The notes under the pieces are model-generated. The model was not told the DNA's origin, searched no databases, and saw nothing but the letters and a program-made list of their open reading frames with translations. A stretch of DNA of 64,000 nucleotides from NCBI RefSeq assembly GCF_036321535.1, contig NC_087437.1, positions 68,388,001 to 68,452,000 on the forward strand, read 5' to 3'. Shown piece after piece: positions 1 to 13,799 of this stretch; positions within the stretch are counted from its first letter, which is position 1, and every line of letters begins with the position of its first letter. The translations under genes were made by a program, and so were the position numbers. The DNA comes from Camelus dromedarius. Taxonomy: Eukaryota.

Positions 1-954
1 CTACCCCTGAGGCTGAATGAAGAAGCAAAGGCCCAAAAGATACTGGAACCTACAAAAAGAAGTGTAGGACATGTGTCTCTTTGAGAGTCACAGGTTGAGT
101 TTTAAAATACAGATGAAAAGTACCCCAGATCCAAATGACACTTTGTAAGCTCAACCACAGTACGAATCGTCAACTGTATCACTCACTAGCAGATTAAACT
201 ATATGTAAGGCAACACGTATATGGAGCCCAGTGGAAGATTGGATCTGACTCCGTAACTTGAAACACAATTGGCCTCTTTCATTCTTTAATTTTCCTCACC
301 AATTTCAAGAATTAACCTTAACTTTAAATTATGTCAGCTTCCTCTTTTAGATTTATGTCATAATTGTAGGATTATCTAAATGTTAGATGGTAGGGGTTTT
401 TGTTTTGCTTTGTTGTGTTTTTCTCTTTCCCTTGAATAGTGTTACTTGTTCCCAGTTATTATCATCATAATGATGCTGCCAAAAATAATAATATTAGAGG
501 CCAAGAGGGTCTCCAGCCAGGCTATTGTGGGTCCCCTGATGCCAGAGCTAGATTGCCTGGCTGAAAATCGTATCTCAATGTAATTGGCTTCAGTGACAAA
601 AAGAGAGAGTGAGAAAGCAAGAAAATGAAAGTCAGCAGGTCTGGTAGGAAGGTTGCAGGCATTTATATCTAAATGATCTCCAAATGGACCATTTTGCTTC
701 TAATGACTCAGGATTAGGAAGGGAATATAATGAAGTTTTATCAAATGTTCAAATAAATAGCCTGATCACCTCTCCTCTCAAGTATTCCCCTTTTTTCCCT
801 TATATATATTTAAGTGTAATAAAGTTTAAGAATTAAGAAAGGCAAATTTATCAGGCTAGATGTCTTTTTAAGTCTTTTTTTCCACCCTCTGCTGCTCATA
901 TAATAATTAACCTTTTGAATAATCTCCCTTGCAGTGCTGGTTGTACTACTGTTC

Positions 955-972
955 TTTTTTTTTTTTTTTTTT
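955..972. repeat. poly(T)18 homopolymer
   Basis: Uninterrupted T run read directly. Confidence 0.9.
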
Positions 973-1489
973 AACCATTTCTTGCTGTTCTAAAGTCAAA
1001 GCTTGACCAAGCGTCTTGACAAAGAATGATAAGAGAGAGTTTTGAAAATTGTACGAATTTATCCGAATGCATCAGTGTCCTTTTGAAGTGAGACAGCAAT
1101 ATCTGAATGTGACACATGGGGACACATGTCAGCATTTGCCAAAGGAATTTCACAGGCTGGGATCTACAAGCACATGCTTTTTTTCCTCCCTCCTATTCTC
1201 TATCCCCTCCTCTGCGGTATCACCTACAGCCAAATGCCACATTCTCTCCTCTACAGCTTCTTTACTGCGTCTACTTCCTCTTTTCTCCCCACCATTCAGT
1301 CCCTCTAGACACTCCCTGGTTGTCCAACTCACAGGGCACCAACACTTGGAGGTCACAAGCCCTTCAGGAGTTATAACAGCAATTTTCAGGCAGTTGTTTT
1401 AGCATTTGAAGTTCATAAAAGCTCTGTCCCTAAACATAGTATGCTGGTTATTTGGAAAACCTAGATCAAAGAAATAATTTGTTCATTAT

Positions 1490-2500
1490 TTTATACATAC
1501 ACTTTGAATGCACACACATACAGCCATTATGTGCTAGAAACCATGGAAATTAGAAAGAGGAATTTGATGTTCCCTTTCTTCAAAATTGTAATTTAGTTGT
1601 TTCTTGGACCATCTGCATGAAAGTGATTGTTAGTGCCATGGAGTGGATAATGTCCTAGTGAGAGAGTAATATGACGAGAATGGAAGGCAGAGGTTGGAGC
1701 CATGTTTAAAATGCACAATGAGGTGGGAGAAGCCGGTGAGAGAGAGAAAAATTGACTGAAGTGACAGAAAGCAGATCACAGTGGTGTAGTGCCAGAGAGG
1801 TCGAAGAAGAGAGTTGCAAGAAAGAGGTGGGAATAACGGAGTTTGGGATAGACCAAAGAAAGCCTGGGTTTCCCTTGGACTAAAGAAAATCTATTGCATT
1901 TGGCAGTTGCTAATATCTTTGAGAAATGTGGTATATAGATCCTGAGAATGCAGCTGAGTTTTGCAGAGTTGCAGACTGTTTGGTAAGGACATAGAAATGG
2001 CCAGTAGATTTTTGGTCAAGTTTGGTGTTAAGGGGAAAAACCGAGAAGTAGGATCATGTGGTAGAGCCATGTGTGTCCTTGCTTTCGCTGTGTAGAGTGA
2101 TGTATGTCGGTAGTATGTTTATAGTGTAAGTATGTTTGGGAACAGAAGTATACTGTGATTATGAGGGTAAAAAGGAGGGAAGAAGGGAGAGACAGAGGGA
2201 GAGAATCCAAAGGATGATGGAGTGGTTGATGGAGACAGACCCTGGAAGTCCTGGAGGATACAGACTGAAGTAGGAGATATTGACATACATTTTGTGTATT
2301 AGCTTTGGAATGAGATTTTTTTTTTTTTTTTTTCCCTCTGAGAAAGGAAAGATCATGAAAGGGCAGTGACATTTGGTGAAAGGGCGTGGCTGCCCTGGAA
2401 CTCTCAGTGGAGAGCTGTTCCCTGAGTGCCCTGGGCTGGAGGAGGGCATCCAGTGTTGTAAATTTCTGAATTGCAATAGGCAATCAACACAATAAATCCA
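1490..2500 (-). mobile_element. Degraded LINE-2 (L2) remnant
   Basis: Purine-rich, GA-biased stretch with L2-like words (e.g. ccatctgcatgaaagtgattgttagtgccatggagtggat); recognised from memory, boundaries approximate. Confidence 0.5.
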
Positions 2501-2844
2501 AGGAGGACAAATGGCTCTAGGGATCCTGTTGGAGTGAGGATTTTTAGGCAACAGCTCAGCACAGCACTGTGCCTGATCCTCTCATGATGAGAGGTAACCA
2601 ACAGTGTGTGTACACAGGCAGGAGGATAAGCAAATGTAGGGTTCTTGGGTCCTATTTAATAAACAGGTCTTCTGAGTACCTATATGCAGATGCTGCACTA
2701 GGCTCTGTTAAATACTGATTTTTCTTATGAAGCCACATCCGATAACATTAATCCTGTTTGAGCAATAAAATACTTGACCCAGTGACCCAGAAGGTAAAGT
2801 CAATTGCCTCAGGTTCCAGGACTGGTAGATAACAGAAGCAGAAT

Positions 2845-3060
2845 AGCATAAAATCTTAGAATATGGAGTCTGACTGCCTGAGTTCAAATCCCATTTCTGC
2901 TCTGGAAATTTGGGCAAATACCTTAATCTCTCAGATTCTTAGTTTCTGTATCTGTAAAATTAAGCTAATAGTGTCATTTATTTTAGTTGGTTTTTTTTTA
3001 CACGATTAAATTTGTTAATACATATAAATCTCTTACAGCAGTACTTGACTTATTTTAGCT
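2845..3060 (+). mobile_element. MIR SINE
   Basis: ggagtctgactgcctgagttcaaatccc...ttgggcaaataccttaatctctcag...tttctgtatctgtaaaat resembles the MIR tRNA-like head and core. Confidence 0.75.
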
Positions 3061-4979
3061 ACTAATATCATCGTCATCATTATCACCATCATCATTTTGA
3101 TTTTCCAAGTTAAAATTCAATATTGTTTTCACCTTACAATAATGTCCCAAGCCGTGCCTTACACACCATAAATTACATAAGGTGTTACCAGGTAACAGAG
3201 GGCACCACAGCTACAAAACTTGGGCAATAGGTATTAGATTGAGTTTAGCTAGCTTCTTTGCTGTAAATGGCTTAGAACCTCTAATAGGTCAATACATACT
3301 TCTGCTATGGGAATATAACAAAAAAATTTTACTCAGCTAAAATTTATTGAGAACTTGTTTTTCCACGTTAACATTTTGAGAACTATTATTTTTCTATGGA
3401 ACAGACTTGCCAAAAATATTGTGCTTCACTTTGAATATTAGGGAGAACACTTTAGAAAAGACTGATCCACACCTGGCACAGGTTGGGTTTGTAGGAAAGC
3501 AAAATCAAAGAAGGGCTGATGAGCTGCTGGGGCTTGTCAGGGTTTGGAGAAGTCAGGTTCACCATCAGGGCAGGTAGCAGATTCAAGAGATGGCAAAGAG
3601 TGGGAGAAGGTGGGAAAGGAGATAGGACTACAATATCGAAACCTCCAAGATAGACCGATTCTTCAGAATGACAAGACCCACCCCGTAGGAAGTATCATGT
3701 GTCTCTGCATTTTAAAGGAGGTAAAAGTCACTGGATTTGGAAAGGCCCAGGAGATAGGAGATCAGAGTTCCAGATGCTTCATCCTATGGATACTGATGTA
3801 TTATGTAAACCTATTGTTTTATAGCTAAAAAAAAAAAATAGAGAAAACAGAGAGAGAGGAAGGGAAGGAGGTGAGGGAGAAAGGCTGTCTTTCAGAAACC
3901 TAACTGAAAACAAAAACAGCATTTGAATGTTATTAATTATTATAATTAAGATATATAATGAAACATTATCCTCTTGAAGCTTTTCTTTAAGCGGTTGCTT
4001 TGTTTTTAATTTTAGGGACAATTTTCAAATTTAAATTATTTGAAAATACTTGGTGTCAAAAATTAAAATTAATTATTATGTTATTTCTATGGCACTGTAT
4101 GATGCAAAATGAAGATGTTGGTAGTTATGTGGAGAGTTTAGAGTATAGATATTCAAAGTAAAATACTCTTAATTACCTGAGAATATTTTAGCAAAGAAGG
4201 GAAAAGATGAAACTGAAAGGAATTACCTTATTTTTATGATTAATCGACTGTAAATGTAGAAAGATTGTGAAAGCCAGAGACAAACTGGACAGCTTTATTT
4301 ATGTCTTAATCATAAAAAAAAAAATTCATCCACTCTAGAAGCCTTTAGAAATATCTGACATATTCCAGCTTTGCAATTTTTTTTTGTAGTTGGTGCCTAT
4401 TGACCAAATTTGCCATCAATACATTCGATAGGAAAGCAAATAACCAAGCATGAGTGTAATCTCCAAAAGCTTAAAAACCTAGAAATGACAGTTGTTTATT
4501 GAAGTATACCAACAGTGAAGGTCCATTAGCCACAATTACCATTTCTTTCCTCCTTCCAACAATCCAGTCATCTTACACCAACCCTGGGCCAAACACTAGA
4601 TTGGACATTGAAGATCAAATAATGAATAAAATGTATTTGCTGCTTTTAAAGAACCATTGGGGATTTAAGTCTTATTTAATTCTGTCTGTATTTATTGAAC
4701 GCTCTCTATGATACATCAGGCGGTGTTCTGCGAATCTGAAATGCTAGGGGTTTTTGTGTGTGTGGTTTTTTTTGTATTTTGTTTTTTGTGTTTTTTTGTG
4801 CTAATTAAAATTTTTATTGAAATGATTTATTATCAGATACTAAGAAGATTAAAATTGAGGTGTCAAAGTCTAAGGGAGAATCGAGAGCAAACATCCAAAT
4901 TAACTTTGGGAAATCAGAAGACTTGGCTTTTAGAGTTGTAAAAATACAGAGATGTCAAACAGCGAGATGTATTTTGGGA

Positions 4980-5430
4980 ACTTGAAGTAGTTCTGTGAAC
5001 CTGGGACAAAGGAGAGGAGGTGATAGGAAGTGACAGGAGATGGGCTGAGGCACTGGAGTGGTGGGAACATGGCAGGGGTGTGGGGAGGAGGTGGCAGGAT
5101 CCGACATGTACTGGGAACTGGACAAAGCAGGGGATCTTTAGAGAAGGGTAAATAAGAATTGAACTCAAAATGAGTCCAAGAGAGATAAAGGCTGAGGGGA
5201 AAAAGAAGTGCACAAAAAAAGAGGGGCCACAGGAAAGGGATGGTTAAGTAAATGGGTAGACTAACCTGTATGGAATGGAGGGCCTAGTCAGATGCATAGG
5301 GGAGATAGACGCATTAAGACCACGACAGAGGAAGGCCTTGAAATCCACAAAGTAGAGATTTTACTTCATGAAGTGGGTGACAGGGAACCATAAGTGTCAG
5401 AAGAAGGGGATGATGGCCGAGAAGTGGTGT
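4980..5430 (-). mobile_element. Degraded L2 remnant
   Basis: Purine-rich L2-like sequence (gaggaaggccttgaaatccacaaagtagagattttacttcatgaagtgggtgacagggaacca); approximate. Confidence 0.4.
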
Positions 5431-6620
5431 ACTGTATGAACCACTCAGATTCTCCCGTATGTCCCATGAGTGCTTCATGAGAGCAGGCAGTGTCAGAAGG
5501 GAGCCTAACTGCTGCCTCAGGAAGTTGAAAGATCAGATATAATTCAAGCTGTATGCCTAATGAACTCCCTAGGGCAAGCCCAAACCAACCCGAGGGGACG
5601 ATGCTATTCTTTAAATTACATTAACATTGGCTTATGCCAATTAGTCAGGGAATTAATGAGCAATTAAGGTGTCTACTCTTAAACAATTGGTCCCTTATGA
5701 TGATTACTGTGTTGGTCACAATGATGTACCAAAATAGTGAATTTTCAGCACTAAAATATTCAAGACAGCAGTAGCCAAGAAGAGAAACTTTCCACCATAA
5801 AGTTACCATCTGGAGGGAAAAAAAGATTTATCCATCTCTCTAATCATTATTAGCAAATCTTTTATCTCGGGCTTGAAAATACACCTTGCCCTACTGCCTG
5901 AGATGAATGATTATTTACCCTGACTGCATGGAAATAAACTTCTGATATTACATGATTTTTAAATAATAGAAAAGGGCAGAATGATCCTCATCCCCTATAA
6001 ATATGTGGGCCAGTTAAATATAAATAAATACATAAGTATGAATTATAAATATAAAAATAAACATAAATATAAATGTATGTAATTTTTCCCCAAGGTTGAG
6101 ATAACATTCAAATAACCAGGCTTACACAGACACACAACTACATAAAGTTATTGATTTGTGTGAACTAAAAAGGAAATAGCTACCCATGGTTCTGAGTTAG
6201 ACTTCTGCTTATGATTTGACCACTTCTCAGCAGGTAAAGTCCTTGCTAACCAACAGAAATACTGCATGATGTTGTCACTAATACAATGGGCTTTCAGTAG
6301 TTTAGACTGAAAAAATGCGTAGTTGGTTAACAGTCTCGTGAAGAGATAATGATGGGAATAAGTCTGGTACAGTGTGCTTCCCAGTTAGTAAACTGGAGTA
6401 ATGGTACCTATCATTGTATAAGAACTATTTAATTAAATGACAGAGATTTCTGTGGTCAGTCCTTAGAAGGTGGCAAGGATGCTTGAAGGTGCGCCCTAGA
6501 GATTTACTGTAGAAAAAGTCAAATGGCATACTGTGACCTAAAAAAAGAATATGTATTAAATTGATGTAGTGGATCAAAAAAAAATCATGCTGAAAACCTT
6601 TAGAAAATATTCTTAAAAAT

Positions 6621-6850
6621 TGGGATTTGCAGATATTAACTACTATAAATAAAATAGTAAACAGTGAGGTCCCACTGTATAGCACAGGGAACTGTATTCA
6701 AAACATTATAATAGCCTACAATGAAAAAAAGTATGAAAGGGAAAATATGTATATATGTATTACTGAATCACTGTGCTGTATGCCAGAAACTAACAACATT
6801 ATAAACCAGCTATATTTCAATTTAAAAAAATGAAATTAACATCATAAAAA
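6621..6850 (+). mobile_element. 5'-truncated L1 3' end (artiodactyl-type)
   Basis: tgggatttgcagata...actgtatagcacagggaact...gaatcactgtgctgtatgccagaaactaac...A-rich tail; similar to the L1 3' end at 44145-44340 in this window. Confidence 0.85.
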
Positions 6851-8062
6851 ATACACAGGACTAAAAAGTACTGTGCACGTGTGCATTCAATTATTAGAAA
6901 ATTAGACGTCTAATCTAGTCCTAGATGCTACCCAGCCCCCCACCCATGCATTTACATAATGCATTTTGCTAGGTTCTGGGCTTTGATTATAACTTTAGTC
7001 ATGTATATCTTTCCTAGGACTGAAAAAATAATGTTTAGGGATTTAGGTCCTATTGTAAAACTTAATCAACTCTAGTTCAGGTAAAGAGGCCTTTGTTGGG
7101 GCAAAGAGTTGGGTTAGGGGTATGAAAGAGATGTGTTAGCTATTTGGTCCAGTTACCATATTAAACATGAAATGTGAGAGGTGAGCATCTTTCCGTGTCC
7201 TCAGCTACCAGAAACTTAGACCATTTTAAAGAAACAAGGAAAAAGAAGGCTGTAACTGTTCTGCCTGACTTCTGCTATTCATATGTTACTTCTTTGCCAA
7301 GGAGAAGAGGAAATTAAAGGCTAGATAAGCCTCTAGAAAAGAGAATGAAAGAGAACATAGAAATTTAATATCCATGTAAATTTTTGCTAGTCTGCCTCAG
7401 TCTCACTGCAAAAAATTAAACTGAGTCAGCAACTGTCTAATTGGCTAGGAAATTCCACAAAAGCTTTTAGTAGTAACACTTCTGTAAACTGGCCTTGCAT
7501 CATATAATATCTTTAGAGATAAAACTCAGTTTTTGTTCTTTTAGCTCCTTCCCTCCATTCTGGGGGGTTATCCTATCAGCAGGTTGGTAGGCATATACTT
7601 ATTCTGCCTATTTCAATGGTACGAGATCACAGGGACTTGATTTATGTATGACATAAGAACTCCTGAAATGACTAATCCAAGCTTGCAGGAAGCTGATTTC
7701 TTTCACTATCATCTCCATATTGGCTGAGTTTTAAAAGCATTTGGTAATACTTACGGCTAATGCTCAGTACACCAGTATTTTTAAGATTTATGAACATGTG
7801 AAGTTGTTTGCTTTTCAGATTTCTCAGGGACTGAAAGTTAACCTTAAAATAAAGCAATTAACATTACAAAACTCCATGTCTTGCTAAACCTGTTTAGTGC
7901 CCTCTATGAAAATTTATGAGGGCAAAAACTATTTTCAATATCAACAAAATGGGAAATGTGACAGTTTTGAAACCTGATAGAGCTTTCTGAGAGACACAGA
8001 CAGCCTAGTTCATTTGAACCTAGAAAATCCTGAAAGGACCTAGAGTCTGTCTAGGATTCCCT

Positions 8063-8720
8063 CCCTCTTTTTCTATTGTAGTATAGTTGATTTACAATAT
8101 TGTATTAGTTTCAGGTGTACAGCCAAGTGATTCAGTTATATATTTTTTTTAATTATTTTTCATTATAGGTTATTACAAGTTATTGTATATAGTTTCTTTT
8201 GCTATACAGCAAATCCTTGTTGCTTACCTATTATACACATGAAAGTTTGAATCGGTTAATCCCGTACTCCTAGTTTATCCGTTCCCCACCTCCCTTTCCC
8301 CTTTGGTAACCATAAGTTTGTTTCCTTTGTCTGTGAGTCTATTTCTGTTTTGTATACAGATTGATTTGTATTATTTCTTAGATTTCTCATATATGTAGTA
8401 TCATATGATTATTTGTCTTTCTCTGTCTGACTTACAGCACTTGGTATGGTAATCTCTAGATCCATTCATGTTGCTCTAAATAGCAATATTTCATTCTTTT
8501 TATGGCTGAGTAATATTCCATTGTATATATTTATGTGTTACATATATATAATACAACTTCTTAACCAATCATCTGTTGATAAGCACTTGGATTGTTTCCA
8601 TGTCTTGGCTGTTGTAAATAGTGCTGCTAAAACCATGTATTTTTTCAAATTAGGGTTTTCATCTTTTCTGGATATATGCCCAGGAGTGGGGGCGGGGGGG
8701 ACTAAAAAATAGAGCTATCA
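8063..8720 (-). mobile_element. 5'-truncated L1 with short 5' inversion
   Basis: Reverse-complement L1 3'UTR/ORF2 end (tagttgatttacaatattg...gatatatgcccaggagtggg). Flanked by direct repeat taggattccct at 8052-8062 and 8721-8731. The segment 8701-8722 is L1 sequence in the opposite orientation. Confidence 0.85.
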
Positions 8721-9062
8721 TAGGATTCCCTTCTTGAGTCCGTCAAAGATACTTAGTTTCTGCGTTCATCATTGTGAATTACATTTCCTCTTAGAAACAG
8801 TAAAATGGCTTCATTTTCAATTTTATTGAGGATTGTGCTAATAAAAAGGACTCTGTTACATATTATAAAACATAAACCCCTCATCCTTGTACATTTTCCT
8901 CTTGCATTAGATAACAGCAATGACAAGTAAAAGAAATATATCCCCTCACCCTGTCTTTTACAGACTTACTCCTCTGTAGATGGTATGAGCTCACTTTTTG
9001 TCATCTTAGAATATATTAAAAAATATGTCTTCACTATTATACCTTCTTATTTATTGTTTTAA

Positions 9063-9147
9063 TCTCTTCTTTTTCTCTTTCTTTTTTCCAGGTAAGTCCT
9101 GCTGCTTTCTTAATCTTACCAGAATGTTGTTTAGAGAAATGGTAAGT
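9063..9147 (+). other. Candidate recursive splice site (AG|GTAAGT) with 50-nt RS-exon 9092-9141
   Basis: Pure pyrimidine tract 9063-9089, AG at 9090-9091 followed directly by GTAAGT 9092-9097. Branch-point-like TTAAT at 9059-9063, no AG between 9010 and 9089, second perfect donor ATG|GTAAGT at 9142-9147. Confidence 0.65.
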
Positions 9148-10389
9148 TAAGTCTTTCCTTGTTATATGGCTTCATTCCAGGGTGCAAAGAAATTATCTCT
9201 TTTGTTTTTTAAAGCTACATTTGGTATCAGCCCATTTCTTAGCTGTTATCCATTAACACTAAAAAATACTTGCTCATGAGTGCGGTGGTAATTTTCTGTT
9301 TGATACTTTGATGGGTCCTTGCTACTTTGGGTATTCAGAATGTTGTTCCTAGAAAATTGAGTTTGCTGGTGTGCTGTATGTTAGAAAGAGGCTGTCCAGC
9401 TTCCTGTCGGCATTGAACATTGGGTGGCCAGAGATTACAGATGGTCCGTCATTGGTTTGGAGAGTTAAAGGAGCTTGCATTTTTGAGCATCAGATTTCAG
9501 AACCCAGTAGGAAAATATTTTTCCAGTGACGTCAGATAATAAAACCTTTTCTTAAAACATTCCACCACAAAGCTACCAATGGAAATGTGAACAGTGACAG
9601 TCAAAATGAGAAGCAAAAGTTCACAAAACTTAGCTATTTTGTCGAACACTTCAGAAGAAAAGATATTGGCACTGCCGTCTTCATCTGCTGGAATTAGCTT
9701 CATGGTCCATTAAAAGAAGCACAAATTTAGCTTTGTATATTGCAGTCCTTCATATTCAGAAATGACGCAAATTGCAAAAAATTTTGATTCATCTTCCTTA
9801 AGATGAGAGTGTGTATAACAAGCTGAAATTATGACTTCTTGGTGTTGTCAGCTATTTTATTTTGTGTCCTTGGTTTCACTGCTCTGTTGTACATAATTAT
9901 ACTTACATTGGAATCATATTCTATGCTGTTCCAGGAAACTATTTCAAAACCTTTTCTCAGGAGGTTGAGCATTTGTTCGATGGCATCAAAACAAAATAAT
10001 GAGCACGTGAAAGTAGGTTTAGTAGAGACCATGAGAAATAAAATAAGAGTTTTGATTCTCAAGCTTTTAGCTAGAATTCTCTTTAAAAAAGAAAGAAAAA
10101 AGAAAACCTTAATATTTAGGTGCCAAGACATGGCTTTATTTTACATGTTACTATATTATCAAGTCATGTATATTTTGTAGTAACAACTTCCAATAACTAA
10201 ATTAAAGAAAAACCAGCAAAAGATGTGTAGACTACTCTGCATGCAGCTCTCTCAGTAACTTTGAATAGTAAACTCAAGAATTACCTGGAATATATGCTCT
10301 ATTACTTAGGTCTTTTTGATTCGTATACAATTTTCCTGCTTATACCCACCAAAAGATCATCTCTTCTTCATGTATTTTTTTCTTTCAGC

Positions 10390-10900
10390 ATCATTTAGGC
10401 CTTTTTCTCTTGCAAGTATCAGAATATTTAGTGTAAACTGGTTCAAGCAAAAAGGGAATTACTAGGGTCATGGAAGTAAAAAATTTGAAGATAAATCTTT
10501 CTTCAGGAATAACTTTAAGCAAGTGCTCAAAGGACTTGGTTCCTTTGTCTCAACCTCTCAAATGTGTTGTTTCTACACAGGCCTCTTGGTTTCTATAAAC
10601 TGTTTCAAAGCTTGTGAAGAAAACAAAGAGGGTCACTCTCATAGTAGCCCCATCCAGAGATCCATTGCATCTCATTGGCTCTTTGTCATGAACTTCTATC
10701 TAATGAGAATGCGTGAGCTGTCTTAGGTCTGAGTTTGTACTTTATCCCTGGTAGCAGTGGGGGGCCAGGGAGTTTGGGGTTGGTTGGCAGAGCCCATCCA
10801 TACTCAGGAACAAAATGAAAAAGTACTGTATTTCCCAGCTGCTGAAACTTGCAGTAAGGTGAACAAATGCCAACAAACCAAGAAATAAATTAATAAATAC
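10390..10900. mobile_element. MaLR LTR remnant (MLT1-type)
   Basis: tgcaagtatcagaa...aaactggttcaagcaaaaagggaatt...tctcattggctc resembles old MLT1 LTR consensus; approximate. Confidence 0.55.
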
Positions 10901-13736
10901 CTACCTCATCTTCTTTATTATTATATCTATTTTTTTCCTTTGAAAAAGGTTATATTTCCCCTCTTTGAATGATGTAAGGAACTTGACTAATTCTGTCCCA
11001 TCACTGGCCATCAACATGGCCAGGAAGCAGGGTCCGTAAAGTGGTCCGATTGGGCTGTGGCAGCTTCTAGTATTTTTCTATTTGATCCAACATACTTGAG
11101 CTAAAAACCTGTGGTGATAAATACTAGATAAAAGCATCCTACTTGAATTATTTCTGCTTCTCTCTTCTGCCCTCCTTTGTATGTTTTGTGTGTTCACTGT
11201 AATCAGAGAACAGTGTTGAGACACTGTGGCTCTTCTGATGTCATTATAGATGAGAACGTTATGCATAGGGATAGAGCCTCTAAAGGTAGTTTATTTCACA
11301 CATGAAAGCTAACTTAAAAGAAAAGCTTTCTTCTGAACGCATAGTGCTCACTAACCCACAAATTGTCCACTTTACATCCTTAAATAATTGTCACTTTTTT
11401 CTCCATACCTGTATTGACACTTTGCATCTAGAAACTATAGGTTGATAGAAATTGTTCTTTCAAAATAAAACATAAATTTAATATTTAAAATTTGGTTGGA
11501 ATTCTATGGAGACTACAAAGTACACTTAGTGGTCCCTGGAGTTGTAAAGCGCCAGAATCTTGGAGTCAGTGATCAGGATACCAGATTTTAATCCTATAGT
11601 GTTCAGGTTGCCATTAGGCGGAAAAAAAAAAAAGAAAAGATTGTTGTTTCTTTTAAATTAGTTCTTTTAAAATATAAACGACCATTATCTAGAGAATTAA
11701 GCTATGGACAAATACCTGGAAATGTTATAGACCTTATTAGAGAGCAGTCCCTCTAGATTGTCATAGTCTTGCTGAATGAAATTAGATATTTTAAATCATC
11801 TTTGAACATCATTAACCTAGAGGAAGCCACACTACAGTTCAGTGAAAGCCCTGAATAGTCAAGGACTTTCTGAGGGAGCATTTATTTCCTTAGATCTTGA
11901 ATAGTCAATTTCTGTTTTGTCTTTGTTTTTCTTTTATAAAAATCCAATGTTTCTTTTCAGTGTAGGAAAATTATACCAAGAGTAATAATGTAAATGTTAG
12001 GTTAATAGGGTTAAAACTGATTTACTGACTTAATATTTTCTGCATTTAAGGTGCAACAAAATACATTTTTGAAAAGAAAGATAACTTGTAAGACAGAAAT
12101 ACATGTTTTACAATTTCTCATTAGATAGAGGATTATTAAAATATATCAGCAATAAAGATTCTGCTTGAAAACTATTCATCTTTCCATTCCCCAAAGCACC
12201 CTAAACCAAATTTTACACATAGTAGATACTCTGTATTCTTAATTGATGACTAAAGAAAGAAAGAAAGAATAAATGAATGACTTTCTGGAAGGCATAATGT
12301 AAAATATGAGGGCATTTCAAAATATAAATAATGAAAAGTATGTTTTTCTAACCATCAAATATAAGATATTCAAATTACGAAATTCAGCAACAACTTTCTG
12401 AAAAAGGTAACAAAATATGAGGGAAATAAAGTAATATAGAATAGCTACATAGCTGAAAAAATGAAAATAAGCTGAGAAAACTCAGAGGTCTAACCCCTAT
12501 TAGATGCATGTCTTCCTTTTAAAGCTTGTATTAGTCACAGTTACTCACCCTTCTCTGGTTTGAAGGGATCGTTTGCCCATTACCCACCTCACATTTAGCT
12601 TCCAGATTCATCTATAAGAATTGGTAGGAGTGTCACAGTGTTTATCATATGCTTTAGGAAGTAACAAAGTTTCCTGAGAGACAGGCTTGAATTCTACATG
12701 GATCTCGTCTGGTAGCTCTTCAAGGCCACTGGCATGTGAACATACAGTAAAATTGGATGTTAAAAAAGTTACAGCTTATCTTTCAATTATAACTTCAACT
12801 TATAAGGAGCTGGAAATTTGTTATTTTTATCCTTATAATTAAAAAAAAAAGCTGGACTAACTGAAAATCTTTGATTTTTCTTGGCCAGTCAGAAAACTGA
12901 GGGCATAGGTGAATCCAGAGATTCACAGCCAACATCTGTTTATCTGGAACTGAAACCAGTGGAGTCATAAACTGATAGGAACGCTTAAATGGTAATTTTG
13001 ACAAATTGTTAGCAGCTGAGTTTGGACTACCACAGAGTCACAAACTCCTGGGGACTGTGATCTTCGTGGGACTCTTAACTCTCATGGGATTTACCCTCAG
13101 GAATTCTTTCAGATTATCATGGTGAAGAGCAGCGAAAGATCCCCTTGTGGCTCTGGCAGAGAGAGGAAAACAGTACTCCTTGTGAAATAAATCCGAAGTC
13201 TTCTCCATAACAATGACTTACTCTCCATGGGGAAAGACTTTACCAGAGCCTTGTCTCAGAGCTGTAAGGGAAGACCATTCCTCCTATTCCAGCCCCTACA
13301 GCCTATCACAGCTGTGGGGATGGGGGTAGGGGTGGCATGCTATAGAAGAAGAAATACTTGTATAAGTATAGGCCAGAGACACAGGCTTACTCAAATACTG
13401 AGATTTAATTGGAAGATTATGGAGTGCCTGCCCCCATACTTTGCCACCATACTAACAGCGATCCAGTATGTTAATAGGGGTTGATACTGGTTACACTGAA
13501 GAAGTTACAAGACATAAATTCTCTCAGATTGAGGAGTGTTTATTTTAGTAAACTCCAAATCAAAGGGTACCAAAAACAAGATCATTAGAGGGATTTGATG
13601 CCTCCGGCACCCCTACCTACAGTACACATTAATCAAAGGTCCTAGTCAGATTACCATAAATCTTCATTATAAAGGCCTGTTTACTTCAATTCCTGTTACT
13701 CAAAACAACATTTCTGGCTTTCAACAAGAAATTACA

Positions 13737-13799
13737 ACACACACACATGTGCACAAGCACACACGTGCGTGCGCACACACACACACGCACACACACGCA
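13737..13799. repeat. (CA/CG/TG)n alternating purine-pyrimidine microsatellite
   Basis: Read directly; uninterrupted RY alternation 13757-13799. Confidence 0.85.

Noticed and set aside
955..1400. Poly(T) as the tail of a minus-strand processed pseudogene, plus overlapping ORFs
   Set aside because: No TSD, no properly placed polyadenylation signal and no recognisable protein.
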